Below, one piece after another: positions 1 through 8,398 of a stretch of DNA of 41,124 nucleotides. The notes under the pieces are model-generated. The model ran no database searches. It was not told the DNA's origin and saw nothing but the letters and a program-made list of their open reading frames with translations. Source of the DNA: a virus (Duplodnaviria > Heunggongvirae > Uroviricota > Caudoviricetes); the IMG/VR virus record IMGVR_UViG_2802429226_000008, positions 1-41,124 of that record; one strand, given 5' to 3'. Both the position numbers and the translations under genes were made by a program. Numbering within the stretch: position 1 is the stretch's first letter; every line of letters begins with the position of its first letter.

Positions 1-1254
1 ATGCTGGAACAAATGGGCATTGCTGCGAAGCAAGCCTCGTATAAATTAGCGCAACTCTCCAGCCGCGAAAAAAATCGCGTGCTGGAAAAGATCGCTGATG
101 AGCTGGAAGCACAGAGCGAAAGCATCCTCGATGCTAACGCCCAGGATGTTGCTGACGCGCGTGCCAATGGCCTTAGCGAAGCGATGCTTGACCGTCTGGC
201 GTTAACGCCCGCGCGCCTGAAAGGCATTGCCGACGATGTGCGGCAGGTGTGTAATCTTGCCGATCCGGTAGGGCAGGTGATTGATGGAGGTGTGCTGGAC
301 AGCGGCCTGCGTCTGGAGCGTCGCCGCGTGCCGCTGGGTGTTATAGGTGTAATTTATGAAGCGCGTCCGAACGTGACAGTTGATGTCGCTTCGCTGTGTC
401 TGAAAACTGGTAACGCGGTGATCCTGCGCGGCGGCAAAGAAACCTGTCGCACTAACGCTGCAACGGTAGCGGTGATTCAGGACGCCCTGAAATCCTGCGG
501 TTTACCGGCAGGCGCAGTGCAGGCGATTGATAATCCGGATCGCGCACTGGTGAGTGAAATGCTGCGCATGGATAAATACATCGACATGTTGATCCCGCGT
601 GGTGGTGCTGGTTTGCATAAGCTGTGCCGCGAGCAGTCGACAATTCCGGTGATCACTGGCGGCATTGGCGTCTGCCATATTTACGTTGATGAAAGTGCTG
701 ACATTTCTGCAGCCCTGAAAGTGATCGTCAACGCGAAAACCCAGCGTCCGAGTACCTGCAATACGGTAGAAACGTTGCTGGTGAATAAAAACATCGCTGA
801 TAACTTCCTGCCTGCGTTAAGCAAGCAAATGGCGGAAAGCGGCGTGACGTTACACGCCGATGCTGCGGCACTGGCGCAGTTGCAGGCAGGATCTGCGAAA
901 GTGGTGGCTGTTAAGGCGGAAGAGTATGACGATGAATTCCTGTCGTTAGATTTGAACGTCAAAATCGTCAGCGATCTTGACGACGCCATCGCCCATATTC
1001 GTGAACACGGGACGCAACACTCCGATGCGATCCTGACGCGTGATATGCGCAATGCCCAGCGTTTTGTCAATGAAGTGGACTCCTCTGCTGTTTACGTTAA
1101 CGCGTCTACACGTTTCACCGACGGCGGCCAGTTTGGTCTTGGCGCGGAAGTGGCGGTAAGCACGCAAAAACTCCACGCACGCGGACCAATGGGGCTGGAA
1201 GCGCTGACCACCTACAAGTGGATCGGTATTGGTGATTACACCGTTCGTGCGTAA
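1..1254 (+). CDS. proA: gamma-glutamyl phosphate reductase (proline biosynthesis)
   Basis: 417-aa ORF starting at window position 1; protein matches my recollection of E. coli ProA along its length; proA is the known chromosomal neighbour of thrW. Confidence 0.93.
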   Translation: MLEQMGIAAKQASYKLAQLSSREKNRVLEKIADELEAQSESILDANAQDVADARANGLSEAMLDRLALTPARLKGIADDVRQVCNLADPVGQVIDGGVLDSGLRLERRRVPLGVIGVIYEARPNVTVDVASLCLKTGNAVILRGGKETCRTNAATVAVIQDALKSCGLPAGAVQAIDNPDRALVSEMLRMDKYIDMLIPRGGAGLHKLCREQSTIPVITGGIGVCHIYVDESADISAALKVIVNAKTQRPSTCNTVETLLVNKNIADNFLPALSKQMAESGVTLHADAAALAQLQAGSAKVVAVKAEEYDDEFLSLDLNVKIVSDLDDAIAHIREHGTQHSDAILTRDMRNAQRFVNEVDSSAVYVNASTRFTDGGQFGLGAEVAVSTQKLHARGPMGLEALTTYKWIGIGDYTVRA

Positions 1255-1369
1255 ATAAAACCGGGTGATGCAAAAGTAGCCATTTGATTCACAAGGCCAT
1301 TGACGCATCGCCCGGTTAGTTTTAACCTTGTCCACCGTGATTCACGTTCGTGAACATGTCCTTTTCAGG

Positions 1370-1445
1370 GCCGATATAGCTCAGTTGGTAGAGCAGCGCA
1401 TTCGTAATGCGAAGGTCGTAGGTTCGACTCCTATTATCGGCACCA
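1370..1445 (+). tRNA. thrW: tRNA-Thr (anticodon CGU)
   Basis: 76-nt sequence GCCGATATAGCTCAGTTGGTAGAGC...GGTTCGACTCCTATTATCGGCACCA with anticodon loop cTTCGTAAt and 3' CCA; cloverleaf-compatible. Confidence 0.93.
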
Positions 1446-1459
1446 TTTAAATCAATAAG

Positions 1460-2623
1460 TTACACATCATTAGTACTTTCCTTATTTTTTGACTGGGACA
1501 AATTTGGGACCGATGGGTTCAGGATCGAGTCTATTTGCCGTGCGTGTTCGGTAAGGTGATTAGGTGCAAGGTGAGCATATCGACGAACCATTTCGATAGA
1601 CTCCCAGCCTCCCATTTCCTGTAACACTGACAACGGGACTCCGGCTTGAACCAGCCAACTTGCCCAGGTGTGTCTCAAGTCGTGAAATCTGAAATCATCA
1701 ATACCAGCCCGTCTCAGCGCCGCTTTCCAGGCTGTGTTTGCGTCATACCGCATCTTCCTTACTGTTGGCGCTTTCGTTCCGTCTGGTTTGGTACAGCTTT
1801 CCTTGTACACAAATACCCAACGGTGATGATTCCCGATTTGTTTTTTCAAAACGCGACATGCAGTATCATTCAGCGCAACGCCAATTGCGCGGTTTGATTT
1901 ACTCTCTTCCGGGTTTATCCATGCCACCCGGCGCTGCATGTCTATTTGTTGCCATTCAAGGTTGATGATGTTCGAGCGTCTTAAGCCTGTTGCCAGTGCA
2001 AATTCAACAACAGACTTTAATGGCTCCGGACATTCATCAATCAGCCTTTGTGCTTCATGGGGCTCCAGCCAGCGGATCCGTTTATTCTTTGGTTGAGGCA
2101 CTTTAATAATTGGTGCCTTATCCAGCATTTTCCATTCACGCTCTGCGGCTCTTAGTAGGGCCTTTATAAATGAAAGATGCGTAGCCTTCGTTGCAACGGA
2201 CGCTGGTTTTGGCGTGTATTCTGGAACAGGTTTCCCTTTTTTTCTGCATGCTTCTGCCCTGAGTCTCCAGTTTTCCTCATGACGCCGGTTCGTCATTTTC
2301 TGCATTGCTGAATAAATTTTTGATTCAGTAATGTCTCTTAGTTGCATTCCTGCGAAATGTTGAAGCCAGAATCCGATCCGGCTTTTGTCATCGTCCAGTG
2401 ATTTTTTATGTGCTTTCTCTTCAAGCCACCTGACACACGCTTCCTCGAACGTTATATCAGGTATTTCACCAAGTTTGCTGACCCGCCATGCTTCAGCCTT
2501 TAGCTTGTCATGGAGTTCTGTCGCCTGCCTTTTGTCCTTTGTTCCAAGAGACTGTTTAAATCTTTTACCGTTCGGCAATGTGAAACTGGCGTACCATATT
2601 TCACCTCTGCGGAAGAGTGACAT
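1460..2623 (-). CDS. int: phage integrase (tyrosine recombinase)
   Basis: 387 aa; C-terminal [10 protein letters not shown] and VRRYAHL tyrosine-recombinase motifs; ATG at 2623 with GAGGA SD; abuts tRNA. Confidence 0.93.
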   Translation of the reverse strand: MSLFRRGEIWYASFTLPNGKRFKQSLGTKDKRQATELHDKLKAEAWRVSKLGEIPDITFEEACVRWLEEKAHKKSLDDDKSRIGFWLQHFAGMQLRDITESKIYSAMQKMTNRRHEENWRLRAEACRKKGKPVPEYTPKPASVATKATHLSFIKALLRAAEREWKMLDKAPIIKVPQPKNKRIRWLEPHEAQRLIDECPEPLKSVVEFALATGLRRSNIINLEWQQIDMQRRVAWINPEESKSNRAIGVALNDTACRVLKKQIGNHHRWVFVYKESCTKPDGTKAPTVRKMRYDANTAWKAALRRAGIDDFRFHDLRHTWASWLVQAGVPLSVLQEMGGWESIEMVRRYAHLAPNHLTEHARQIDSILNPSVPNLSQSKNKESTNDV

Positions 2624-2850
2624 TTTCTTTCCTCTGTTATGCCATCACCCGCGCTCACCTGGACAGTATGCAGCGGAGACTGAAGAGCCGCAATGCAGGC
2701 TTGTCGTGTTGTGAGGTAAGGAGATTTATTCTTAGTGGGATCTTTGCGTGTTGCCTGAAGACGCCCTGTGCGTATCCAGTTAATGGCAGTCGGTCTGGAT
2801 ATCTTGAGAAAATGACAGGCCTCATCGAGTGTGAGGCTGTATGGCTCCAT
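2500..2850 (-). CDS. excisionase-like HTH protein (putative Xis)
   Basis: ATG at 2850 preceded by GAGGTG SD; HTH segment [26 protein letters not shown]; overlaps the integrase 5' end as in lambda xis/int. Confidence 0.55.
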   Translation of the reverse strand: MEPYSLTLDEACHFLKISRPTAINWIRTGRLQATRKDPTKNKSPYLTTRQACIAALQSPLHTVQVSAGDGITEERKCHSSAEVKYGTPVSHCRTVKDLNSLLEQRTKGRRQNSMTS

Positions 2851-3155
2851 TATTTCACCTCTTGCTGTGACATTGTTGAAAAATGGATACCAGCTCGTTG
2901 CTGCCAGACGATCCAACCGAGAGTCATATCCCATGCCATGTATTCGTTATTGCCGTTTTTTGCTCTCCGACGATCTACTAAGTCACCGAAACGCTTTTCC
3001 ATGAATAATTCATAAGCTTCGCGTTCATCTGGTTCTACTTCCAGAGATAGGAGTGCGATTTCATAAGCACGGCGCTCAATATCGTCTCGCACGTCAAGGC
3101 TGCTGATACGCTCTTTAATTTCTTTAATCAGTTCTTTGTCGGTAAAAGTGGTCAT
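2850..3155 (-). CDS. hypothetical phage early protein
   Basis: 101-aa ORF; TAATG stop/start overlap with downstream gene at 2848..2852. Confidence 0.55.
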   Translation of the reverse strand: MTTFTDKELIKEIKERISSLDVRDDIERRAYEIALLSLEVEPDEREAYELFMEKRFGDLVDRRRAKNGNNEYMAWDMTLGWIVWQQRAGIHFSTMSQQEVK

Positions 3156-3517
3156 TATGCTCCAGCCTCCGGTGCTTTTGGCATTACTGCCCAGTGAGTG
3201 ATATTGACGTTTTCAAGGTCCCCGACCTGAAATGTCCACTGCCATTCTCCGGTTTCTTTTTGTCCCCAGGTGTACCAGAGAGAACGCCAACCAATTAGCC
3301 AGCCTTCTCCGTTAGCATCGAATAACAAAACACTTTCATTTGCTGGTGGCAGTTCAGTTGACACTGGTATTACTTTGTTTTCCTGTGCTGCACATTTAGC
3401 TTCAAGCGCATCGAATTTACGCACCAGGTATTCAGCATCTGTTTCATTTACTTTAAGATCTCGCGGTACACATCTCCCACGAAGAAACCCTTCCATTTCG
3501 AAAACATTCATGCGCAT
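3155..3517 (-). CDS. hypothetical phage early protein
   Basis: 120-aa ORF; TAATG coupling at 3153..3157; ATGA overlap with upstream gene. Confidence 0.55.
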   Translation of the reverse strand: MRMNVFEMEGFLRGRCVPRDLKVNETDAEYLVRKFDALEAKCAAQENKVIPVSTELPPANESVLLFDANGEGWLIGWRSLWYTWGQKETGEWQWTFQVGDLENVNITHWAVMPKAPEAGA

Positions 3518-4044
3518 TTGCGTAACTCCGATAACTCGTTAAAGCGTTCCATAAACATCCCGTAGGCATGGCCCGGTGCCAGTGGAATCACGTTGAACAT
3601 CTCTGTTGCCGGGATACCTTCCAGTACAGGCCAGAAAGAGCCATCATCAAGCCCGAGATCGCGGCGTTCGGTTGCCAGCATGATGAGATCGGCATATTTC
3701 ACGGGCGTACTCATAACTGGGGGTAATCCGTATTTCTCACGGATTACGGAGTCTATTTTTTCTTCCATTTGTTTATAGTCAGGAAGAAGGCGTTTCAGTG
3801 GTGCGGGAATGTCCTGGCAATACGCTTCTGTTGCATCATGCATTAACGCTTCAAAAGCAAATTCCTGCGGCACCAGCTGGCTGCAAAGAACCGCATGTTG
3901 GGCGACGCTGTAGAAGTGCGAAAGATGACCGGCAAAGCGACAGATATTTGAAAGGGAAACCGCGATATCGTTAATATCGATGTCGTCTTTATTTATCCTG
4001 TCATAATAAAAATGCTTCCCGGAAAAAGTTTTAATAAATGACAT
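3508..4044 (-). CDS. HD-domain phosphohydrolase (YfdR-like 5'-deoxynucleotidase family)
   Basis: H..H...HD motif (FAGHLSHF...HAV...LMHDATEAY); ATG at 4044 with GGAG SD (track start 4071 is a GTG). Confidence 0.7.
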   Translation of the reverse strand: MSFIKTFSGKHFYYDRINKDDIDINDIAVSLSNICRFAGHLSHFYSVAQHAVLCSQLVPQEFAFEALMHDATEAYCQDIPAPLKRLLPDYKQMEEKIDSVIREKYGLPPVMSTPVKYADLIMLATERRDLGLDDGSFWPVLEGIPATEMFNVIPLAPGHAYGMFMERFNELSELRKCA

Positions 4045-4171
4045 TTTGTTCTCCACGTATATGCGCTGCACCGCGCTGAATTCTGGTAAAAAGAATCCCT
4101 CACCATCCGGCGATTATTGAGTAAATTACGTTTTCATAAATGCCCCCGCAGGGGCATTTGCAGTAATGAAA

Positions 4172-4996
4172 TCAGGCGGTGAAAGTACCAATAAAGGTTT
4201 CTACTTTGCTGTCCTTGAATTTCTCAACAAGCAGATCACGAAATTCGTTAGCCATTTCTTCCTGCACCGCCTCCAGCTGAATAATGCGCAGAACCAGTAC
4301 CGGACGATCGCCAGTGATAATGCTGAGGCGTAATTTAAACGGACGTTCTTTCAGACCTTCAAACGGAATGCATTTAAATTCAAATGCCACTGGCATAATG
4401 TCTTTGGTCTTCGCTTCGACAGACTCCATCAGGGAGCGTTTGCCGCTGAAGTCATTATCTTCAAAATCAGCGGTCTGGTTTGCTTCAATCGTGATTTTAC
4501 GGACCGCCGCAGCCGCTTTTGTTGCCTGAATGGTGTCACCATTAGCATCAAAGCCCACAAGGTAGTCGGCCCAGTCTTCAATCCATTCTGCCAGTGATTT
4601 CTGGGAGTTACGCTCGCCATTAACAGACAACAGAGCAGAGAACGGTGCTGTCTTTTTCAGTTTGAGAGTGGCGGTGTTATCTGCGTGACCTGGTTCATCA
4701 ATAGTACCCAGGTTAAGCACACTGACGGCACGCATATTATCAGCATCGATAAAGCAGCGGGTGCCTTCATCTGCAAGATCTTTAGAATAACGGGTAAAGT
4801 CATCGATGCTGGCAGTGGAAAGCGCACCACGGAAACGGAAGCGATTTAAATTAAATTTTTCCAGATCATGAATGCGGAAATTCTCAGGCAATGCCACAGC
4901 ATCGGCACCAATCTTACTGATAATTTCATTAACACCCTGAGCAGAAATAAGGGCATGGATTTGATTAATTGCGGTTGCGTCTAAGTTCTGAGACAT
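4172..4996 (-). CDS. DUF2303 / YfdQ-like prophage protein
   Basis: 274-aa ORF with GAGGA SD; resemblance to CPS-53 YfdQ family from memory. Confidence 0.65.
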   Translation of the reverse strand: MSQNLDATAINQIHALISAQGVNEIISKIGADAVALPENFRIHDLEKFNLNRFRFRGALSTASIDDFTRYSKDLADEGTRCFIDADNMRAVSVLNLGTIDEPGHADNTATLKLKKTAPFSALLSVNGERNSQKSLAEWIEDWADYLVGFDANGDTIQATKAAAAVRKITIEANQTADFEDNDFSGKRSLMESVEAKTKDIMPVAFEFKCIPFEGLKERPFKLRLSIITGDRPVLVLRIIQLEAVQEEMANEFRDLLVEKFKDSKVETFIGTFTA

Positions 4997-5061
4997 AATA
5001 AGTCCTCACTATATAAAGATATTCAGTGATGAGATAAATAATCAGTTAATTAAGAACGATA

Positions 5062-5424
5062 TTAATGACCTGCTGCGCGGAGTTTTCCGTCAGGTTCACC
5101 GGCAAGAGTCAGTAATTGTCCCTGGTCTTCCTGCAGAATAGTCAGGCGACCACCGCGATTGACATACATCGGCGTTTCGGTGGTGTCTTCTTCGGAAATT
5201 TTCCCGCGGTTAGTCGGGCGAACATATGAGAGTTTGTGTTTGATTTTCACACGGTTCTCATCAAATGGTTCGATTTCCAGGTTGAGTGAGACCTTACCTT
5301 TGGTTTTCGTGTTCATCACACCGGAAGCGACTTCACTGAGAACTGCGCCGATTTTGGTTTCAAATACGCCGCCGTCCAGCTCCCCGATAAATGCCTGCAC
5401 ATCAGTACTGCGTTCGCTAGCCAT
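5062..5424 (-). CDS. hypothetical phage protein (120 aa)
   Basis: ATG at 5424 with GAGGAG SD; upstream in-frame extension of track ORF to 5742 has junk-like composition. Confidence 0.6.
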   Translation of the reverse strand: MASERSTDVQAFIGELDGGVFETKIGAVLSEVASGVMNTKTKGKVSLNLEIEPFDENRVKIKHKLSYVRPTNRGKISEEDTTETPMYVNRGGRLTILQEDQGQLLTLAGEPDGKLRAAGH

Positions 5425-5861
5425 TTTGCTGCTCCTCATCATATCGACCCTGCAAGGCCGATTAGTTTCTCCACAAAACAGAGAAGAACACCTGCGGTAG
5501 CAGCCGCCCGGATGGATTGGGTTATGAGCCCGTCGTCCGGTGATGCTCTTCTCTGTTTTGTAAAAAGGACGGTACCAGCCGGAAGCAAGGGTACAAACTG
5601 GTACCGCCAGGACTACACACAGCATAAAGTTGTGGTGCCGGGTGCCTCCCGGTGCCTGGCGAAGGTTGCACACCAGACGGGTGGGTATCCACAGAAGGTC
5701 GACTGTCAGCCTCAACCTTAACCCGCGTGCGCTGAGCCGCATTCACCACAACGCTAAGGATTCTCTTTGGTTGAAAATACTTAGCTGTTATGTGCCTGTC
5801 TTTTCACCACTTCAGGCTCGGTGGTATCCTTTTAAGCCCGTATACATAAAAGGAAAATCAA

Positions 5862-6107
5862 ATGACTTTTGATGAAAAAGAACTTGATAATGCAATTAAT
5901 AAAATCATCGTAACGTCGCTCTTTTCCTGTCTCAGCGACACTCAGCAGAAACAGTTCTACGAATCGGCTTTCAACATGATCGAGCGTTGTTGTTTCTGCG
6001 ATGCCGACGAGTTACCTGAAAAAATCAGGAAACAGTTGGCTGATGCTCTTCGAGTGCGACTTTCTGACCAATTTTCTGAAATGTGCTCTCCGAATTTGGA
6101 CAAATAG
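5862..6107 (+). CDS. hypothetical small protein
   Basis: 81-aa ORF, AAGGA SD 9 nt upstream; convergently overlaps 6025..6300. Confidence 0.45.
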   Translation: MTFDEKELDNAINKIIVTSLFSCLSDTQQKQFYESAFNMIERCCFCDADELPEKIRKQLADALRVRLSDQFSEMCSPNLDK

Positions 6108-6300
6108 AAAAAGGCCATTTCCATTCAGGGTCTGATGGAAATACTTCAGCCTGTTCCAAAGCACGGCGTAAAGAGAACACAACTCCAGCCATAATCTGAT
6201 GTTTCCCATTGGTCCAGCTATCGCCGCTCTGATCTACAGGGGCGGCTATGTCGTATGACCAAACGACTTCACAGTTATTGTTTAAAATCTGGACTTTCAT
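6025..6300 (-). CDS. hypothetical small protein, first gene of leftward early operon
   Basis: ATG at 6300 with AGGTG SD; lies downstream of PL-like promoter. Confidence 0.45.
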   Translation of the reverse strand: MKVQILNNNCEVVWSYDIAAPVDQSGDSWTNGKHQIMAGVVFSLRRALEQAEVFPSDPEWKWPFSICPNSESTFQKIGQKVALEEHQPTVS

Positions 6301-6426
6301 TTCATACACCTGCTTTAACATGAGTGCCTAGTGGCACAACATGACTCAACGAATCATCCTGGACTTCATATGCCCCAGGCGGCTACTTCGTGGGCGTCCT
6401 GCCTGTTCGTTGTTTCGCTTGGGTAC

Positions 6427-6454
6427 ATTATGTATCTCAAAGGTACATTGTCAA
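6427..6454 (-). promoter_or_regulatory. PL-like sigma70 promoter (-35 TTGACA, 16-nt spacer, -10 CATAAT) with overlapping GTACA-type palindromes
   Basis: minus-strand reading of 6427..6454; palindrome TACAT-N-ATGTA at 6424..6434. Confidence 0.5.
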
Positions 6455-6457
6455 GTA

Positions 6458-6480
6458 TAAAAAAACCTGCCGAAGCAGGT
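6458..6480 (-). terminator. rho-independent terminator downstream of cI
   Basis: minus strand ACCTGCTTCGGCAGGT hairpin followed by a 7-T run. Confidence 0.7.
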
Positions 6481-6493
6481 TCATAAACATTGA

Positions 6494-7168
6494 TTAGGCT
6501 TTGATTTTGTATCTTCTTGGTTTTCCTGAGAAAATCACTGTACCAATTATAGAGCAATTACCGTTGATCTTAATGTAAGGCTCAGGCCAGTTTGGGTTTA
6601 ACGCTTTGAGATAACGCTGTGTCCCATCTTCTATCAACCTTTTGAAGGTGGTTTCGCCTGTATCGTGCATCAATGCAATAACGTCGTCACCGTGGCAGGC
6701 AGGTACTTCAGGATCGACAAAAATCATGTCTCCCGGGCGGTACTCATCAATCATTGAATCACCTATCACCCGCAAGATATAAGTCATTTCCCCACAGGGT
6801 ACAGGGCAGGGATACGTTTCTGCTGTGCTCAAATCAACCTCAGAATATCCAACTTCTTTCCATGCTCCGGCCTGTACCCATGATATGACAGGGACTAATG
6901 TGATTTGTTTATTAGTGATTGAAACATCAGGTTTTTTTGTGATGTTCGTTGTCTGGTGTTCTTGATCGAGCCATCCGACAGGCAGGTCGAAACATTTTTC
7001 GATGTGTCGTGCCATGCTGTCACCGATATTTTTAGTAGCACCATCTCCCATAAACCTGCTGGTCTGGGTTGGCTCGCGATCAATCATAGTGGCAAAGGAA
7101 GAATTCCCGCCAACACCATCTCTCAGTTTTCTGGCGTTAGACCGCCGGATGTCATGGATTGTTTTCAT
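6494..7168 (-). CDS. cI: CI-type prophage repressor (HTH-XRE N-domain, S24 LexA-like peptidase C-domain)
   Basis: 224 aa; C-terminal VIGDSM serine motif; no SD before ATG (leaderless-like); divergent from cro. Confidence 0.88.
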   Translation of the reverse strand: MKTIHDIRRSNARKLRDGVGGNSSFATMIDREPTQTSRFMGDGATKNIGDSMARHIEKCFDLPVGWLDQEHQTTNITKKPDVSITNKQITLVPVISWVQAGAWKEVGYSEVDLSTAETYPCPVPCGEMTYILRVIGDSMIDEYRPGDMIFVDPEVPACHGDDVIALMHDTGETTFKRLIEDGTQRYLKALNPNWPEPYIKINGNCSIIGTVIFSGKPRRYKIKA

Positions 7169-7258
7169 AACGAAATTAAAACCCTTGTACCGTTAAGGTA
7201 CAAGTATCTTGAAGGTTCATTTCAATCATGTAATATGTACACCGGAGGTACATATTGT
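7169..7258. promoter_or_regulatory. divergent PRM/PR promoter-operator region
   Basis: palindromes CTTGTACC-N5-GGTACAAG (7184..7204) and AATATGTAC-N7-GTACATATT (7232..7256); PR -35 TTGAAG 7209..7214, -10 TAATAT 7231..7236; PRM -35 (7198..7203) and -10 TTTAAT (7175..7180) on minus strand. Confidence 0.6.
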
Positions 7259-7459
7259 ATGAAAGCGTATTGGGACTCTTTAACCAAAGAACAGCAGGGC
7301 GAGTTGGCCGGAAAAGTTGGCTCAACACCTGGCTACTTACGGCTGGTTTTCAATGGCTATAAAAAAGCCAGTTTTGTGCTGGCTAAAAAACTTGAGCAAT
7401 GCACGTCAGGTGCAATTACGAAATCTGACTTAAGACCGGATATCTATCCGAAAGATTAG
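7259..7459 (+). CDS. cro: Cro-like HTH regulator
   Basis: 66 aa; GGAGG SD 10 nt upstream; divergent from cI. Confidence 0.75.
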   Translation: MKAYWDSLTKEQQGELAGKVGSTPGYLRLVFNGYKKASFVLAKKLEQCTSGAITKSDLRPDIYPKD

Positions 7460-7490
7460 CAGAACACTTTCAATTTTTAACCACAGAACG

Positions 7491-8054
7491 ATGAGGCTAA
7501 CCGTGGGTAAGCATCACTGGAAAATAGAAAAACAGCCTGAGTGGTACGTGAAAGCTGTCAGAAAAACTATCGCAAAGTTGCCGGGTGGTTACGCTGAAGC
7601 AGCTGACTGGCTGGATGTAACAGAGAACGCATTATTTAACCGCCTTCGTGCCGATGGCGATCAGATTTTCCCGCTGGGATGGGCAATGATTTTGCAACGT
7701 GCTGGTGGAACTCACTTCATTGCTGACGCAGTGGCGCAGTCTGCAAATGGCGTCTTTGTGTCTCTTCCTGACGTCGAGGATGTGGACAACGCCGATATTA
7801 ACCAGCGCCTGCTGGAAGTCATTGAACAGATCGGCAGTTATTCAAAACAGATTCGTTCAGCAATTGAAGACGGTGTAGTGGAACCGCATGAGAAGACAGC
7901 AATTAACGACGAGCTGTACCTCTCAATTTCGAAGCTGCAGGAGCATGCAGCACTGGTCTACAAAATTTTTTGCATTTCAGAAAGTAATGACGCCCGCGAG
8001 TGTGCAGCTCCGGGCGCCGTGGCGTGTCGTGACTGTGGAGAAACTAACGCATGA
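7491..8054 (+). CDS. putative early regulatory protein (CII/YdaT-position; function uncertain)
   Basis: 187-aa ORF immediately after cro. Confidence 0.5.
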   Translation: MRLTVGKHHWKIEKQPEWYVKAVRKTIAKLPGGYAEAADWLDVTENALFNRLRADGDQIFPLGWAMILQRAGGTHFIADAVAQSANGVFVSLPDVEDVDNADINQRLLEVIEQIGSYSKQIRSAIEDGVVEPHEKTAINDELYLSISKLQEHAALVYKIFCISESNDARECAAPGAVACRDCGETNA

Positions 8055-8389
8055 ACAGTTTAACAACACACTACCGTCGCTCGCAACTGATTGCGCTTCC
8101 TGTACCGGGTGGAAAAGCGAAGGTGGAGTATTGCTATGCAGTAAATGTACCAGGTGACAGGGAAATTGTAACCCACAGCTTTGCAGAGTGGGCTGTGGGT
8201 GATTTCAACCGGCAGAAGGAGACAGTCCTTTGCGACAAGTTAACCGCTGGTTCAAAGATCACTACGGAGTGCCCGTCAGAGTCATTCGTTGGGAGCCGGA
8301 AACACAACGTGTTATCTACCTCCGCGAAGGCTATGAGCATGAGTGCTTCAGCCCGCTCGAACAGTTTCGTCGTAAATTCAGGGAAATAG
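8051..8389 (+). CDS. hypothetical protein; 3' half probably read in wrong frame (see finding)
   Basis: 112-aa track ORF; C-terminal third is Ser-rich junk-like while alternate frame 8203..8409 reads protein-like. Confidence 0.35.
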   Translation: MNSLTTHYRRSQLIALPVPGGKAKVEYCYAVNVPGDREIVTHSFAEWAVGDFNRQKETVLCDKLTAGSKITTECPSESFVGSRKHNVLSTSAKAMSMSASARSNSFVVNSGK

Positions 8390-8398
8390 AGGTCGGTC

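Noticed and set aside
452-1335. Minus-strand ORFs (452..643, 477..665, 681..1070, 946..1335) overlapping proA
   Set aside because: Antisense frames inside a well-supported housekeeping gene; Cys/Arg/Ser-rich junk-like composition and no SD.
1255-1369. Possible thrW promoter elements (TTGACG ... TTTTAAC) between proA and the tRNA
   Set aside because: Match to consensus and spacing is too weak to call from sequence alone.
5062-5742. Long 226-aa version of the track ORF
   Set aside because: The N-terminal ~106 residues are W/C/R-rich junk across the structured noncoding region; the ATG at 5424 with GAGGAG SD is the credible start.
5425-5861. Retron msr/msd ncRNA suggested by the long inverted repeat
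   Set aside because: No reverse transcriptase gene is adjacent (the neighbouring ORFs are 81-120 aa); kept only as a generic structured-RNA candidate.
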